DNA from: Gemmatimonadota bacterium
GTDB lineage: Bacteria > Gemmatimonadota > Gemmatimonadetes > Palauibacterales > Palauibacteraceae
Reading direction: 5' to 3'
Assembly: GCA_965116475.1 (NCBI GenBank)
Contig: OZ220691.1
Location: 1,344,001-1,408,000, forward strand
DNA: 64,000 nucleotides
Shown here piece after piece: positions 1-8,839 of this stretch (position 1 is its first letter; the number at the start of each line of letters is the position of its first letter). The translations under genes and the position numbers were made by a program. A model generated the notes under the pieces. It was not told the DNA's origin, searched no databases, and saw nothing but the letters and a program-made list of their open reading frames with translations.

Positions 1-1
1 G

Positions 2-634
2 CGGCTCCGGATAGGGCTCGAAGCGCGCCGTCACGCGCCACTCGTTCGTGATCGGGAAGTACTCGGGAAGCTCGAACGCATCGAGGCGCGGGGCGTCCGT
101 ATCCCAGACCCGGAGCCACAGCCTCTCCGTTCCCGGCTCGGCGTGAACCCGCATCCCGAGCGACCCCAGCGCCAAGCGGACCGTCTCCTCGCTCCGGTCG
201 TCCGGGAGGGGCATCGGTTCCGTGACGGGGTCGCCCGCGGCGCCGGACATCTGGTCTCTCAGGCGCAGGCCGCTCCCGGCTTCGGGGACGAGACGCACAG
301 TCCCATCCTCGAGGTACAGCGTACCGGCCAGAAGCGGCGCGTCCTCCTCCGGCAGGACGATGGCCGCGGACGGATCGGACCCGAAGGTGTTGGCGCCTTC
401 CCGCAGTTCGAAGAGCCCGTCCCAGCTGATGACGCCCGCGTTGGGGTTCGCGAGGCTGCGCCGCCGCCCGTCGCGCCACTCCTCATGCTCGGCCGCCAGC
501 ACCCCGGACTCCACCGGCGGCGGATCCGGCCACCCGTCGCCCGCGCAGCCAACCGCTGCGGCGCAGAGCAGCGCCGCCGCCAACCCGACAACGGCGTTCC
601 ATCCGGTATCCGTCGACCTCCCCGCCGTGCTCAT
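2..634 (-). CDS. DUF1684-like lipoprotein (partial, runs off window start)
   Basis: Manual translation from ATG at 634: MSTAGRSTDTGWNAVVGLAAALLCAAAVGC (lipobox-like), then GLFELREGANTFGSDP and LRVWDTDAPRLDAF..YFPITNEWRVTARFEPY. Open to the window edge; not in the ORF track. Confidence 0.75.
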   Translation of the reverse strand, partial: MSTAGRSTDTGWNAVVGLAAALLCAAAVGCAGDGWPDPPPVESGVLAAEHEEWRDGRRRSLANPNAGVISWDGLFELREGANTFGSDPSAAIVLPEEDAPLLAGTLYLEDGTVRLVPEAGSGLRLRDQMSGAAGDPVTEPMPLPDDRSEETVRLALGSLGMRVHAEPGTERLWLRVWDTDAPRLDAFELPEYFPITNEWRVTARFEPYPEP

Positions 635-736
635 GTGGGCAGCATGCCCCGGCAACCCGGCTCGTGCAACCCGCCGGCGGGTGGAACCTTCACCGGATCG
701 ACGCCCGCCGGGCGGGAGTACCGGCTGACTGGCCGC

Positions 737-758
737 GGACGTTCCCGCGGGAACGTCC
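737..758. repeat. 22-bp perfect palindrome GGACGTTCCCGCGGGAACGTCC (dispersed palindrome, copy 1)
   Basis: Read directly. The core CGTTCCCGCGGGAACG recurs at 1699, 26304 and 63585, and at 63637 with one mismatch. Confidence 0.95.
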
Positions 759-774
759 CGGACGCTGAGATCCC

Positions 775-818
775 CGTTGAGACCCCCGTTGAAGACCGCC
801 GTTGAGACCGTGTTGAGA
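775..818 (+). repeat. Four GTTGA(A)GA direct repeats with ~12-13 bp period upstream of the HNH gene
   Basis: cgttgagac / cgttgaagac / cgttgagac / tgttgagat. Confidence 0.8.
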
Positions 819-895
819 TGAAACCCGAACATTTACCGAAGATCGGGGTATGAGTGCGTACCCCCTTTGAACCCTGAGATTCGGATGAGAACGCC

Positions 896-2239
896 ATGCC
901 TGAGACGCCTGACCCTTCCGCCGACCCGACCGCCAACTCGAACGCTGCCGCCTCGCACCCCGCTGCCTTGGCCGGCGACCCCGTGGGCGACGAGATCGCC
1001 GAGCTGTGCGCCCACATCGACGCCGCCCAGTATCGGCTCCTGACGCTGCTGCGCCGCTACGATGAGGAGGAACGCTGGAGCGGGTGGCGCTCCTGCGCCC
1101 ACTGGCTGAACTGGCGCACCGGGATCTCCCTCGGCGGGGCCCGCGAGCGACTGCGGGCGGCCCGCCGCCTCGCCGACCTGCCGCTGACCTCCGCCGAGAT
1201 GGAGAAGGGGCGGCTCTCCTGGTCCAAGGTCCGGGCGCTCACGCGCATGGCCACGGCCGAGAACGAGGCGCGGCTGGTCGAGTTCGCCCTCCACCACACG
1301 GCGAGCCAGGTGGAGCGCTTCGTGCGGGCGGCGAAGAGCGCGGAGGCCGCCATGGCGGCGCCGGACGGGACGTCGGAGATGGCGGCCCGCCGTCACCTGA
1401 CGGTCCGAATGACGGCCGACGGCATGTACGAGGTTCGGGGGCTGCTCATGCCCGAGGTGGGCGCCCTGCTCGTGGAGACGCTGGACGTCACCGTGGACGA
1501 ACTCCACCGGCAGGAGTGCGCCATGGAGCGCGAGGCCGATGCGCCCGCGCCCGCGCCGGCACTCCGGCCGAGTCCGACGGAGCGGCGCCACGACGCGCTC
1601 GGGGCGTGGCTCGAGGAGCGCGCCGAGGCGAGGGCGCAACTGGTGGTCCACACCGTGGCCGGCGGCCCCGAGATCCTGGCCACGGAGGACGGCTCACACG
1701 TTCCCGCGGGAACGTCCCGGCGGCTGGCCTGCGATGCGGAGACCGTGGAGGTGAAGCGCGGGCGGGACGGCTCGGTGCTGGACGTGGGCCGCCGCCAGCG
1801 GACCGTGGGGTGGCGGCTGCGCAAGGCGCTCGACGTCAGGGACGGCGGCTGCCGCTTTCCGGGCTGCGGCTCGCGCTACACGCAGGCCCACCACGCCATC
1901 CCGTGGTCCGAGGGGGGCGAGACGAAGCTCGACAACCTGATCCTCCTGTGCCGGTTCCATCACAGGGCCGTGCACGAGGGCGGCTGGCGGGTCGAGATGG
2001 GGGAGGCTGGCGCGGCGCGCTTCCGCGATCCGGCCGGGCGCGTGGTACCGGCGGTGCCCCCGGTACGCGAGGACGTCAGGGCGCCCCGAACCGCCGATGC
2101 GGGACTCGGGAACTGGCACCGGCAGGAGGGGATCGATCCCTGGACGGCGACCAGCCTCTGGATGGGCGACCCGCTCGACCTCGACTGGGCCCTCTGGGTC
2201 CTCTGGGGACAGTACGAGACCAGGCCGATGGCAGCGTGA
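896..2239 (+). CDS. DUF222 (13E12-repeat-like) domain protein with C-terminal HNH endonuclease
   Basis: N-terminal SCAHWLNWRTG..ARERLRAARRL..LP..GRLSWSKVRAL; RRLACDA; C-terminal RDGGCRFPGC..HHAIPWSEGGETKLDNLILLCRFHH. Confidence 0.93.
   Translation: MPETPDPSADPTANSNAAASHPAALAGDPVGDEIAELCAHIDAAQYRLLTLLRRYDEEERWSGWRSCAHWLNWRTGISLGGARERLRAARRLADLPLTSAEMEKGRLSWSKVRALTRMATAENEARLVEFALHHTASQVERFVRAAKSAEAAMAAPDGTSEMAARRHLTVRMTADGMYEVRGLLMPEVGALLVETLDVTVDELHRQECAMEREADAPAPAPALRPSPTERRHDALGAWLEERAEARAQLVVHTVAGGPEILATEDGSHVPAGTSRRLACDAETVEVKRGRDGSVLDVGRRQRTVGWRLRKALDVRDGGCRFPGCGSRYTQAHHAIPWSEGGETKLDNLILLCRFHHRAVHEGGWRVEMGEAGAARFRDPAGRVVPAVPPVREDVRAPRTADAGLGNWHRQEGIDPWTATSLWMGDPLDLDWALWVLWGQYETRPMAA
1698..1715. 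repeat. 18-bp palindrome ACGTTCCCGCGGGAACGT inside the HNH gene (copy 2)
   Basis: Encodes part of HVPAGTS; 1698-1720 is identical to 739-761 over 23 bp. Confidence 0.95.
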
Positions 2240-2254
2240 CCGATGGCAGCGTGA
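2225..2254 (+). repeat. 15-bp tandem duplication containing the HNH stop codon
   Basis: CCGATGGCAGCGTGA x2. Confidence 0.95.
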
Positions 2255-2281
2255 GGGTCGCCAACGTCCTTGGCAGCTACA

Positions 2282-2408
2282 GTTAGCCGACGCGTAACGA
2301 ACGAGAACGTCGCTTTTCTTTTCTTAGCAGCGCCCCGAGAGGGCGTAAGGAAAAGTTTCTTCGTTAGCCGACGCGTAAGAAAAGAAAATGGAAAAAATCT
2401 TTCTTAGC
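2282..2408. promoter_or_regulatory. AT-rich array of alternating inverted half-sites upstream of Fic gene 1 (putative operator)
   Basis: GTTAGCCGACGCGTAA at 2282-2297 and 2363-2378; TTTTCTTTTCTTA (2314-2326) inverted with TAAGAAAAGAAAA (2376-2388); further half-sites at 2345 and 2400. Confidence 0.6.
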
Positions 2409-2471
2409 GGAGGCGACCGTGAGATTATCAGGCAGATCAAGTGAAGATCAAGACACCGATTCGGGTCAAGA

Positions 2472-3641
2472 ATGAAACGCGAAGCGACGGGGACTTACGA
2501 CGTTACGTTAGCCGGCGGGGAAACCGTACGGGCTTTCATACCCGTAGTCTTGCCACCCTCGCCGGACATCGACCTCCGGGAAGGGCTGAACCAACCGTTC
2601 GAGGCAGCTGCCGCCGCATTGGGGCGACTCGACGCGGTGACCGAGTTCCTTCCGGAGGCCGCTAACTTCGTGTACGGATACGTGCGGAAGGAGGCCGTGC
2701 TCTCGTCCCAGATCGAAGGTACGCAGTCTTCCCTTTCCGACCTCATGCTGCACGAAGCGGGCGGGGCGCCCGGTGTCTTACGGGATGACGTCGTCGAGAC
2801 ATCCAATTACGTCGCCGCATTGTATCACGGACTCCAACGCCTGCGGGACGACAACTTTCCGCTCTCCAATCGCCTCATGCGAGAGATGCATGCCAAGCTT
2901 CTCGCGAGCGGCCGCGGCGCGACGATGACGCCAGGCGAGTTCCGGCGAACGCAGAACTGGATCGGGGGATCGCGTCCCGGCAACGCGGCCTTCGTCCCGC
3001 CGCCGCCGAATCACGTGGAAGAGTGCATGGCGGCGCTCGAGCGGTTCATCCGTGCAACCGACGATGACCTGCCCGCCCTCATCAAGGCCGGGCTCGCGCA
3101 TGTGCAGTTCGAGACGATCCATCCGTTCCTCGACGGAAACGGGAGACTGGGTCGCCTCCTGATCACCTTGATGCTGTGTGATGCCGGACTCCTGCGCGAA
3201 CCCCTTCTGTATCTCAGCCTCTACCTCAAGCAGCATCGGGACACCTACTACGGACTCCTCAACAAAATGCGTCGCACAGGCGACTGGGAGGCCTGGCTGC
3301 ACTTCTTTCTCGAAGGCGTGCGCGAGGTGGCGGAGAGTGCCGTTGCAACTGCCCGATCCGTACTTGACCTCGTTGCGGCCAACCGTGCCCGGATCCAGGA
3401 GGGACGACGGGCCAGTTCAACGCTTCGGGTACACCGTGCGCTGGTGGAACGCCCCGTCGACCGGATCAACGGCATCGCGGAGCGTACGGGCCTTTCCGCG
3501 CCGACAGTCACCGCTTCCCTCAGGCTGCTCCAGGGGCTGGGCCTGGTCAGCGAGGTGACCGGGCGCCAACGGGGCATGATCTTCGCCTACGACAGCTACC
3601 TCGCCGTTCTCCGGGATGGGATGGAGGACCCGCCGGGATAG
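2472..3641 (+). CDS. Fic family protein (N-terminal inhibitory motif, C-terminal HTH)
   Basis: Fic motif HPFLDGNGRLGR; inhibitory SSQIEG; C-terminal HTH-like INGIAERTGLSAPTVTASLRLL. Confidence 0.95.
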   Translation: MKREATGTYDVTLAGGETVRAFIPVVLPPSPDIDLREGLNQPFEAAAAALGRLDAVTEFLPEAANFVYGYVRKEAVLSSQIEGTQSSLSDLMLHEAGGAPGVLRDDVVETSNYVAALYHGLQRLRDDNFPLSNRLMREMHAKLLASGRGATMTPGEFRRTQNWIGGSRPGNAAFVPPPPNHVEECMAALERFIRATDDDLPALIKAGLAHVQFETIHPFLDGNGRLGRLLITLMLCDAGLLREPLLYLSLYLKQHRDTYYGLLNKMRRTGDWEAWLHFFLEGVREVAESAVATARSVLDLVAANRARIQEGRRASSTLRVHRALVERPVDRINGIAERTGLSAPTVTASLRLLQGLGLVSEVTGRQRGMIFAYDSYLAVLRDGMEDPPG

Positions 3642-3688
3642 CTTGGCACAACGCTGGCGCGCATACATGCGCTGACCGCCATCTACCT

Positions 3689-5089
3689 CTACGGGACCAG
3701 CGCCTCCAGGGCGTCCGGGGCGCGGGGGAGGGCGTCGGTGAGGACTTCGGCGCCGTCCTCGGTGACGAGGAGGACCTCTTCCACGAACACCGAGACGCCG
3801 AGGTCGTGGTTGTAGTACCACGGTTCGACCGTGAACACCATTCCGGGGGCCAGCGGTTCGTCGAGGAGGGCCGGATCTCCGGTCGACAGCCCTATGTGGT
3901 GGCCGAAGAAGGAGGGGGTCTGCATGTACGGCTCCTCCTCGTCCGGGATCGCGTCGTACGCCACCTGCGTGAGTTCGCGCAGGGTGACGCCGGGGCGCAC
4001 GGCGGCGATGATGGCTTCCGCCGCGCGCGTACTCACGAGGAGCTTCTCCCGCTGGATCTCGGTGAAGGCGCCGTTCGCGGGGAAGGTCCGTCCCACGTCG
4101 CTCACGTATCCGTTGATCTCGCACCCCACGTCGAAGATCACGAGGTCGCCGTCCTGCAGCCGGCGGTTGCGGCGGTCGTAGTGGGCCGCGAGGACGCGCC
4201 ACGGCCACAGGCTGTTGGGGCCCGACTTGATGATCGGGGTGAAGGGGATGGACTGGGCGCCCGCTTCCCGGCAGGTGCGCTCGAATTCGCCCTGGAGCGT
4301 GCGCTCGTCAACGCCCGGCCGAACGAGGGCGGCGGCGGCCCGGATCCCGGCCATGGTGGCGTCCGCCGCGCGCCGCATGCGCATGATCTCGGCGGGTGAC
4401 TTCACCATGCGCAGGCGCGCGACGATCTCGAACGCGTTCACCAGGCGCCCGTCCGGAAAGTCGTCCCGCAGGCGCCGGATGAGGGAAGCCGTGGGGTCGA
4501 GACTCCCGACCAGCGGGACGACCGGGTCGGGCACCTCGCCCGCGGCGCCCGCGTTCACGCGCAGGATCTCGCCCCTTCCCGTACGCTCGCGCAGAAAGCC
4601 GTCGAGTTCGGCGATGTCGCGATAGTCGTCGGCGCCGCCGACGCTGCGGATCCGGTAGTCGTCGAGCAGCGGGCGGCCCGGGAAGTCGTTCGGCCGGCCC
4701 GGGTTCTCGAAGCGCGGATCCCGCCGCGGCATGAAGAGGATCGAGATGTCGCGTCTCGCGTCCAGCACGAGCATCGACTGGGGGATTTCCAGCCCCGTCA
4801 GATACCAGAAGTCCTCGAGCTGCCGGAAGGTCTCGCCATGCGTGATGCCGTCCGACGAGGGCACGAGCAGGAGGCCCCCTCCGGTGGCGCGCAGGCCATC
4901 GAGGATGCGGTTGCGGCGGAACTCGTATTCCTGCGGGCGGAAGCCCGGGCGAACCCACTCGGAGTATTGCTGCTCCGGCGTCTGGGCCGAGAGGAGGGCG
5001 GGACCGCTCGGCATGGGACCGTTCGGCACGGAACCGAGGACCGCCGCAGCGGCGAGCAGCGAACTCGCGGGCACGCGGACGCGGTTCAC
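3689..5089 (-). CDS. Xaa-Pro aminopeptidase family (M24) peptidase, probably exported
   Basis: FRQLEDFWYLTGL, DLVIFDVG..GYVSDVGRT, FGHHIGL, FTVEPWYY, EEVLLVT. GTG at 5089 overlaps the upstream stop (GTGA); hydrophobic N-terminus. Confidence 0.88.
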   Translation of the reverse strand: MNRVRVPASSLLAAAAVLGSVPNGPMPSGPALLSAQTPEQQYSEWVRPGFRPQEYEFRRNRILDGLRATGGGLLLVPSSDGITHGETFRQLEDFWYLTGLEIPQSMLVLDARRDISILFMPRRDPRFENPGRPNDFPGRPLLDDYRIRSVGGADDYRDIAELDGFLRERTGRGEILRVNAGAAGEVPDPVVPLVGSLDPTASLIRRLRDDFPDGRLVNAFEIVARLRMVKSPAEIMRMRRAADATMAGIRAAAALVRPGVDERTLQGEFERTCREAGAQSIPFTPIIKSGPNSLWPWRVLAAHYDRRNRRLQDGDLVIFDVGCEINGYVSDVGRTFPANGAFTEIQREKLLVSTRAAEAIIAAVRPGVTLRELTQVAYDAIPDEEEPYMQTPSFFGHHIGLSTGDPALLDEPLAPGMVFTVEPWYYNHDLGVSVFVEEVLLVTEDGAEVLTDALPRAPDALEALVP

Positions 5090-5892
5090 AGGCGCCACAC
5101 CACCAGAAACTGGACCACGCTCTCCGTCACGTCGGTCCCCAGCTTGTGGCGCCAGTACTGGTATTCGATGCCGCTCATGAGGCGGCCTCCGTCGCCGCCC
5201 AGGAGCCGGCCCACGTCCACGGTCAGTTGCGGCTGGGCGAGGATCCAGGCGCGGACTTCGTTGCCGAACTCGTCCGAGACGGCGCTGATGTACTCCGCGT
5301 GGCCGGTGAAGGTGAACGTCTGGCCCAGCATCTCCCACGTCGCGAGCCAGTTCACGTCGAACATCCAGCCGTTTTCCGTCGCCGGCGCGCCGCCGTGGTC
5401 GACCCCGCTCGACGCGTCGACCAGCCGGGCGAAGTCCGTGTTGAGGAAGATGAATCCCGGGATGTCCCACGACGCGCGAACCCCCGGCGTGTACTTGAGC
5501 ACTTTCGCGTGCGAGCCGTAGTTCACGCCGCCGAGCAGGGCGAAGTCGCGGATCGGGCCGAACCCGACGCGGCTCCCGCTGATCTTCCCCAGACTCAGCG
5601 ATGGATACCACTCCCCGTACAGGTCCTTCTCGTTGATCCCGTCGTTCCCGCCGTCCGCGGCGTAGTCGAAGAACATGAAGTGGTCGCCCCAGGACCACTG
5701 CGCGGCGTTCTGGAAGGTGACGATCGTCGTCCCGTGCCGCGTGTCGGCGAACGGGTTCACCAGCTTGCCGAGCTGGAGATGGAATTCTGTCTGTCCGGCC
5801 GCGGCTCCCGGCGCGGCGAGGAGGACCACGGCGGACAGCCCGGTCGAAAGCCCGGCGGAAAGCCCGGCGGAAAGCCGATTGCTCAGCTTCAT
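5086..5892 (-). CDS. Tsx-like/DUF5020 outer-membrane nucleoside/nucleobase channel
   Basis: Signal peptide; WSWGDHFMFFD, DLYGEWYPSLS, GIEYQYWRHKLG; beta-strand C-terminus FLVVWRL; lies next to an NCS2 permease. Confidence 0.75.
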   Translation of the reverse strand: MKLSNRLSAGLSAGLSTGLSAVVLLAAPGAAAGQTEFHLQLGKLVNPFADTRHGTTIVTFQNAAQWSWGDHFMFFDYAADGGNDGINEKDLYGEWYPSLSLGKISGSRVGFGPIRDFALLGGVNYGSHAKVLKYTPGVRASWDIPGFIFLNTDFARLVDASSGVDHGGAPATENGWMFDVNWLATWEMLGQTFTFTGHAEYISAVSDEFGNEVRAWILAQPQLTVDVGRLLGGDGGRLMSGIEYQYWRHKLGTDVTESVVQFLVVWRL

Positions 5893-5944
5893 GCAGCCTC
5901 TCTATCGAAGAGGATCGGGGTCAACGTGCTCACGCGTCGTGAGG

Positions 5945-7243
5945 TTACAACCAGATGAATTTCGCGGCGAACACCAGCGCCACCATGAGCAGCATGGGCG
6001 GGCACTCGCGCCACCGGCCCGCGAGCACCTTGATGGCCACATAGGTGATGAAGCCGAGTCCGATTCCATCGGCGATGGAATACGTGAGCGGGATGGCGAT
6101 CGCGGTCACCACCGCCGCGGCGGACTCCGTGATGTCGTCCCATTCCACGTCCTTCAACGCCCGAGTCATGAGGCAGGCGACGTACAGAATCGCCGCCGCG
6201 GTCGCGAACGAAGGGACGGACTCCGCCAGCGGCCGGAGAAACAGGCAGACGAGGAAGAGCCCGGCCACGACGACGGCCGTCAAGCCGGTGCGTCCGCCGG
6301 CGCTCACGCCCGCGGCGCTCTCGATGTAGCTGGTCACCGAGGAGGTCCCGAGCAGCGTGCCGGCGACGGTCCCGGTCGAATCGGCCATGAGGGCACGCTG
6401 GATGCGGGGCAGCCGCCCATCGTCATCGAGGAGGTCGGCCTGGTGCGCGACGCCGATCAGCGTGCCGGCAGTGTCGAAGAGATCGACGATGAGGAAGGTG
6501 AAGATGACCGCGATCATGCCCAGTTGCAGCGCGGCGCCGATGTCGAGCGCGAACAGCGTGGGGGTCGGATCGGGCGGCAGCGACGCGAAGCCGTGCCACT
6601 CCGACACGCCCAGAATCAGGCCGATCGCCGTCGCGCCCAGCATGCCGAGAATCGCCGCGCCGGGGATGCGCCGCGCCGAGAGCGCCGCGATCGCACAGAA
6701 ACCGAGCAGGGCGAGCACCGCCGGCGCCGCCGTCAGCTCGCCCACGGTGAGGAGCGTGGCCGGATTCCCCTCGATGATTCCCGCGTTCCGCAGCGCGATC
6801 ACCCCGAGGAAGATCCCGATGCCGGCCGAGATCGCCATCTTCTGGCCCCGCGGGATCGCGTCGATGATCCAGCGTCGGACCGGGAGCACGCTCAGCGTGA
6901 CGAACAGCGTCCCCGACAGGAACACGGCCCCGAGCGCAACCTCCCAGGGGTACCCCATGCCGAGCACGACGCCGTAGGTGAAGAAGGCGTTCAGCCCCAT
7001 CCCCGGCGCCAGCGCGATGGGGTAGTTCGCGTACAGTCCCATCACGAGCGTGGCGAAGGCCGCCGCAAGGCAGGTCGCGACGAACACCGGGCCGAACGGC
7101 ATCCCGGCCTCGGAGAGGATGGACGGATTGACGAAGGCGATGTAGACCATCGTCAGGAAGGTCGTGACCCCCGCGGTCACCTCCGTCCGCACGTCGGAGC
7201 CGCACTCCGACAACCTGAACCAGCGCTCCAGCTTCCCGGTCAT
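5945..7243 (-). CDS. NCS2/AzgA-type purine permease
   Basis: TEVTAGVTTFLTMVYI..NPSIL, APGMGLNAFF, DLFDTAGT, YIESAAG..AGGRTG, PLTYSIADG. Confidence 0.95.
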   Translation of the reverse strand: MTGKLERWFRLSECGSDVRTEVTAGVTTFLTMVYIAFVNPSILSEAGMPFGPVFVATCLAAAFATLVMGLYANYPIALAPGMGLNAFFTYGVVLGMGYPWEVALGAVFLSGTLFVTLSVLPVRRWIIDAIPRGQKMAISAGIGIFLGVIALRNAGIIEGNPATLLTVGELTAAPAVLALLGFCAIAALSARRIPGAAILGMLGATAIGLILGVSEWHGFASLPPDPTPTLFALDIGAALQLGMIAVIFTFLIVDLFDTAGTLIGVAHQADLLDDDGRLPRIQRALMADSTGTVAGTLLGTSSVTSYIESAAGVSAGGRTGLTAVVVAGLFLVCLFLRPLAESVPSFATAAAILYVACLMTRALKDVEWDDITESAAAVVTAIAIPLTYSIADGIGLGFITYVAIKVLAGRWRECPPMLLMVALVFAAKFIWL

Positions 7244-7290
7244 CGGCTCTCCTCTCCTGCTTTGGTCGGCGCGAGGTCGGACGCCCGCCG

Positions 7291-8832
7291 TCAGTCCGGG
7301 GCCTCCTGGGTCCCCTCGGAGGCTGTCGGCGGGAAACAGGTCGCATAGAGCGCCTCCACCCGCCCCACCTCATCCGGCGTCAATCGTTCGAACTCGCGGG
7401 TGCGCGCCCGCTTCGACAGCGTGCCGCGATTCTGCCGGAGGAACCTGGACAGCAGGTCGATGGTCCGGCCCGGCATGTCCGCGATTTCCTCCTGGACGCG
7501 TCGCGAGAACTCGTCGTACCGCTCCAGATACTCGACTTCGCCGGGAAGATCCCGTGTCACGGTCTCCTCCACGCAGCTATACAGAAACTCTGCCTGGGCC
7601 GTGGCGTCAAAGAACCGGTAGAAGTCACCCGTCTCGTTCAGGACCTCGACGTTGTGTCCACTCGTCGCGCGCCATTCAACCAGGGGCAGGACCCTCGAGG
7701 AGTAGCTCTGGAGAACCTCGCGGTACTCCGAGATCCGTCTGAGCATGGGCACGCTGACCGGAAATACCAGATTCGGCGGATTGTAGCCCGCGCGGGCCAG
7801 GACGTGATGAACCAACCACCGGTGGAGGCGTCCGTTCCCGTCTTCGAAGGGGTGGATGTACACGAACCCGAAAGACAGGGCCGCCGCCAATATGACGGGA
7901 TCGACGGACGTTTCTTCCGCCATCCGGCCATACTCGACCACTCCCTGCATCAGATCCGGCAGGTCTTCCGGGCGTGCACTGATGTGTTCCGGGATCGGGT
8001 GCCGGGTTCGCCGGTCTCGCTCACCGATCCACCCCCCCTCGGTCCGGACTCCGAGTTTGACGAATCTCGGGTCGCCGATCACCAGCGCCTGCAGGCGTTC
8101 CAACTCATCGACATCAAGGTCGCGCTGGCCGGCTTCGCCGATCGCCTGGCCCCAGCGAAGTCCTCGATCCTGCGTCGGCTGCTCACCTTCGATCTGAAAC
8201 GATGCCTGACTGTCTTCGAGGAGCAGAAAGGCCGCGGCGCGCCGGACGATATCCGGGTGGGTCCGTCCAATCGCTTCCCGAGCGTTCTCCCCCAGGCGCA
8301 TATCTACGTAGCGATCAAGTTCAGGGGTCCGTCGGACGAGCGGGCAGAACCGCCTCGTACCGGGCAGGTTATTGCGCACCCGGTGTCGACGTGAGAGGGG
8401 TCCGGTCTCCGATGCGAACTGTCGCTTCGGATCCACGACCGGAACGGCCTTCACCTTCCCGGCGTCGGGAAGATCCAGGCGCGCGTCCAGCAGCCATTCA
8501 TACAGGAACCAGATGCGGCGGGCATAGGCGCCCGTTGGCTTGGCACGCACGATGTGCACGATCTTGCGCGGCTCAATCTGCCTGAAGAGAGCAGCAAGCA
8601 CCCCCAGGCTCACCCCCTCCCATTTCAAGGCGAACTCGAGCTGCCCTCGCAAACTTTCCTCCGGCGCGTGGCTTGGGGAAAGCAGCCGCCACTCGCGTGT
8701 GGAGGCGGGACGATGGCGCTCGGCGATGGCGGCCAGCCGCGGCGGCGGCGGAACTTGAAGGTCGTGCCGGGCCATGAGCGCAGCGTAACCCGCAGGTTGA
8801 CCGGGTTCTGGAGGTCGCCATCGGAAGCTCAT
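7291..8832 (-). CDS. Fic family protein (long type)
   Basis: HPFEDGNGRLHR; SFQIEG inhibitory-like motif; PTGAYARRIWFLYEWL. ATG at 8832 preferred because the ORF extension to 8988 runs through a repeat array. Confidence 0.92.
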   Translation of the reverse strand: MSFRWRPPEPGQPAGYAALMARHDLQVPPPPRLAAIAERHRPASTREWRLLSPSHAPEESLRGQLEFALKWEGVSLGVLAALFRQIEPRKIVHIVRAKPTGAYARRIWFLYEWLLDARLDLPDAGKVKAVPVVDPKRQFASETGPLSRRHRVRNNLPGTRRFCPLVRRTPELDRYVDMRLGENAREAIGRTHPDIVRRAAAFLLLEDSQASFQIEGEQPTQDRGLRWGQAIGEAGQRDLDVDELERLQALVIGDPRFVKLGVRTEGGWIGERDRRTRHPIPEHISARPEDLPDLMQGVVEYGRMAEETSVDPVILAAALSFGFVYIHPFEDGNGRLHRWLVHHVLARAGYNPPNLVFPVSVPMLRRISEYREVLQSYSSRVLPLVEWRATSGHNVEVLNETGDFYRFFDATAQAEFLYSCVEETVTRDLPGEVEYLERYDEFSRRVQEEIADMPGRTIDLLSRFLRQNRGTLSKRARTREFERLTPDEVGRVEALYATCFPPTASEGTQEAPD

Positions 8833-8839
8833 GGGAGAA

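Noticed and set aside
826..840. LexA/SOS box upstream of the HNH gene (CGAACATTTACCG)
   Set aside because: Only the CGAAC half matches the GAAC-N4-GTTC consensus, and the LexA motif of this lineage is unknown to me.
3643..3658. Sigma54-like TTGGCACAACGCTGGC
   Set aside because: It lies between convergent genes pointing antisense, and the -12 element is imperfect.
7244..7290. Purine riboswitch before the NCS2 permease (also checked before the deaminase)
   Set aside because: The gap is under 50 bp, and no riboswitch consensus was seen at either site.
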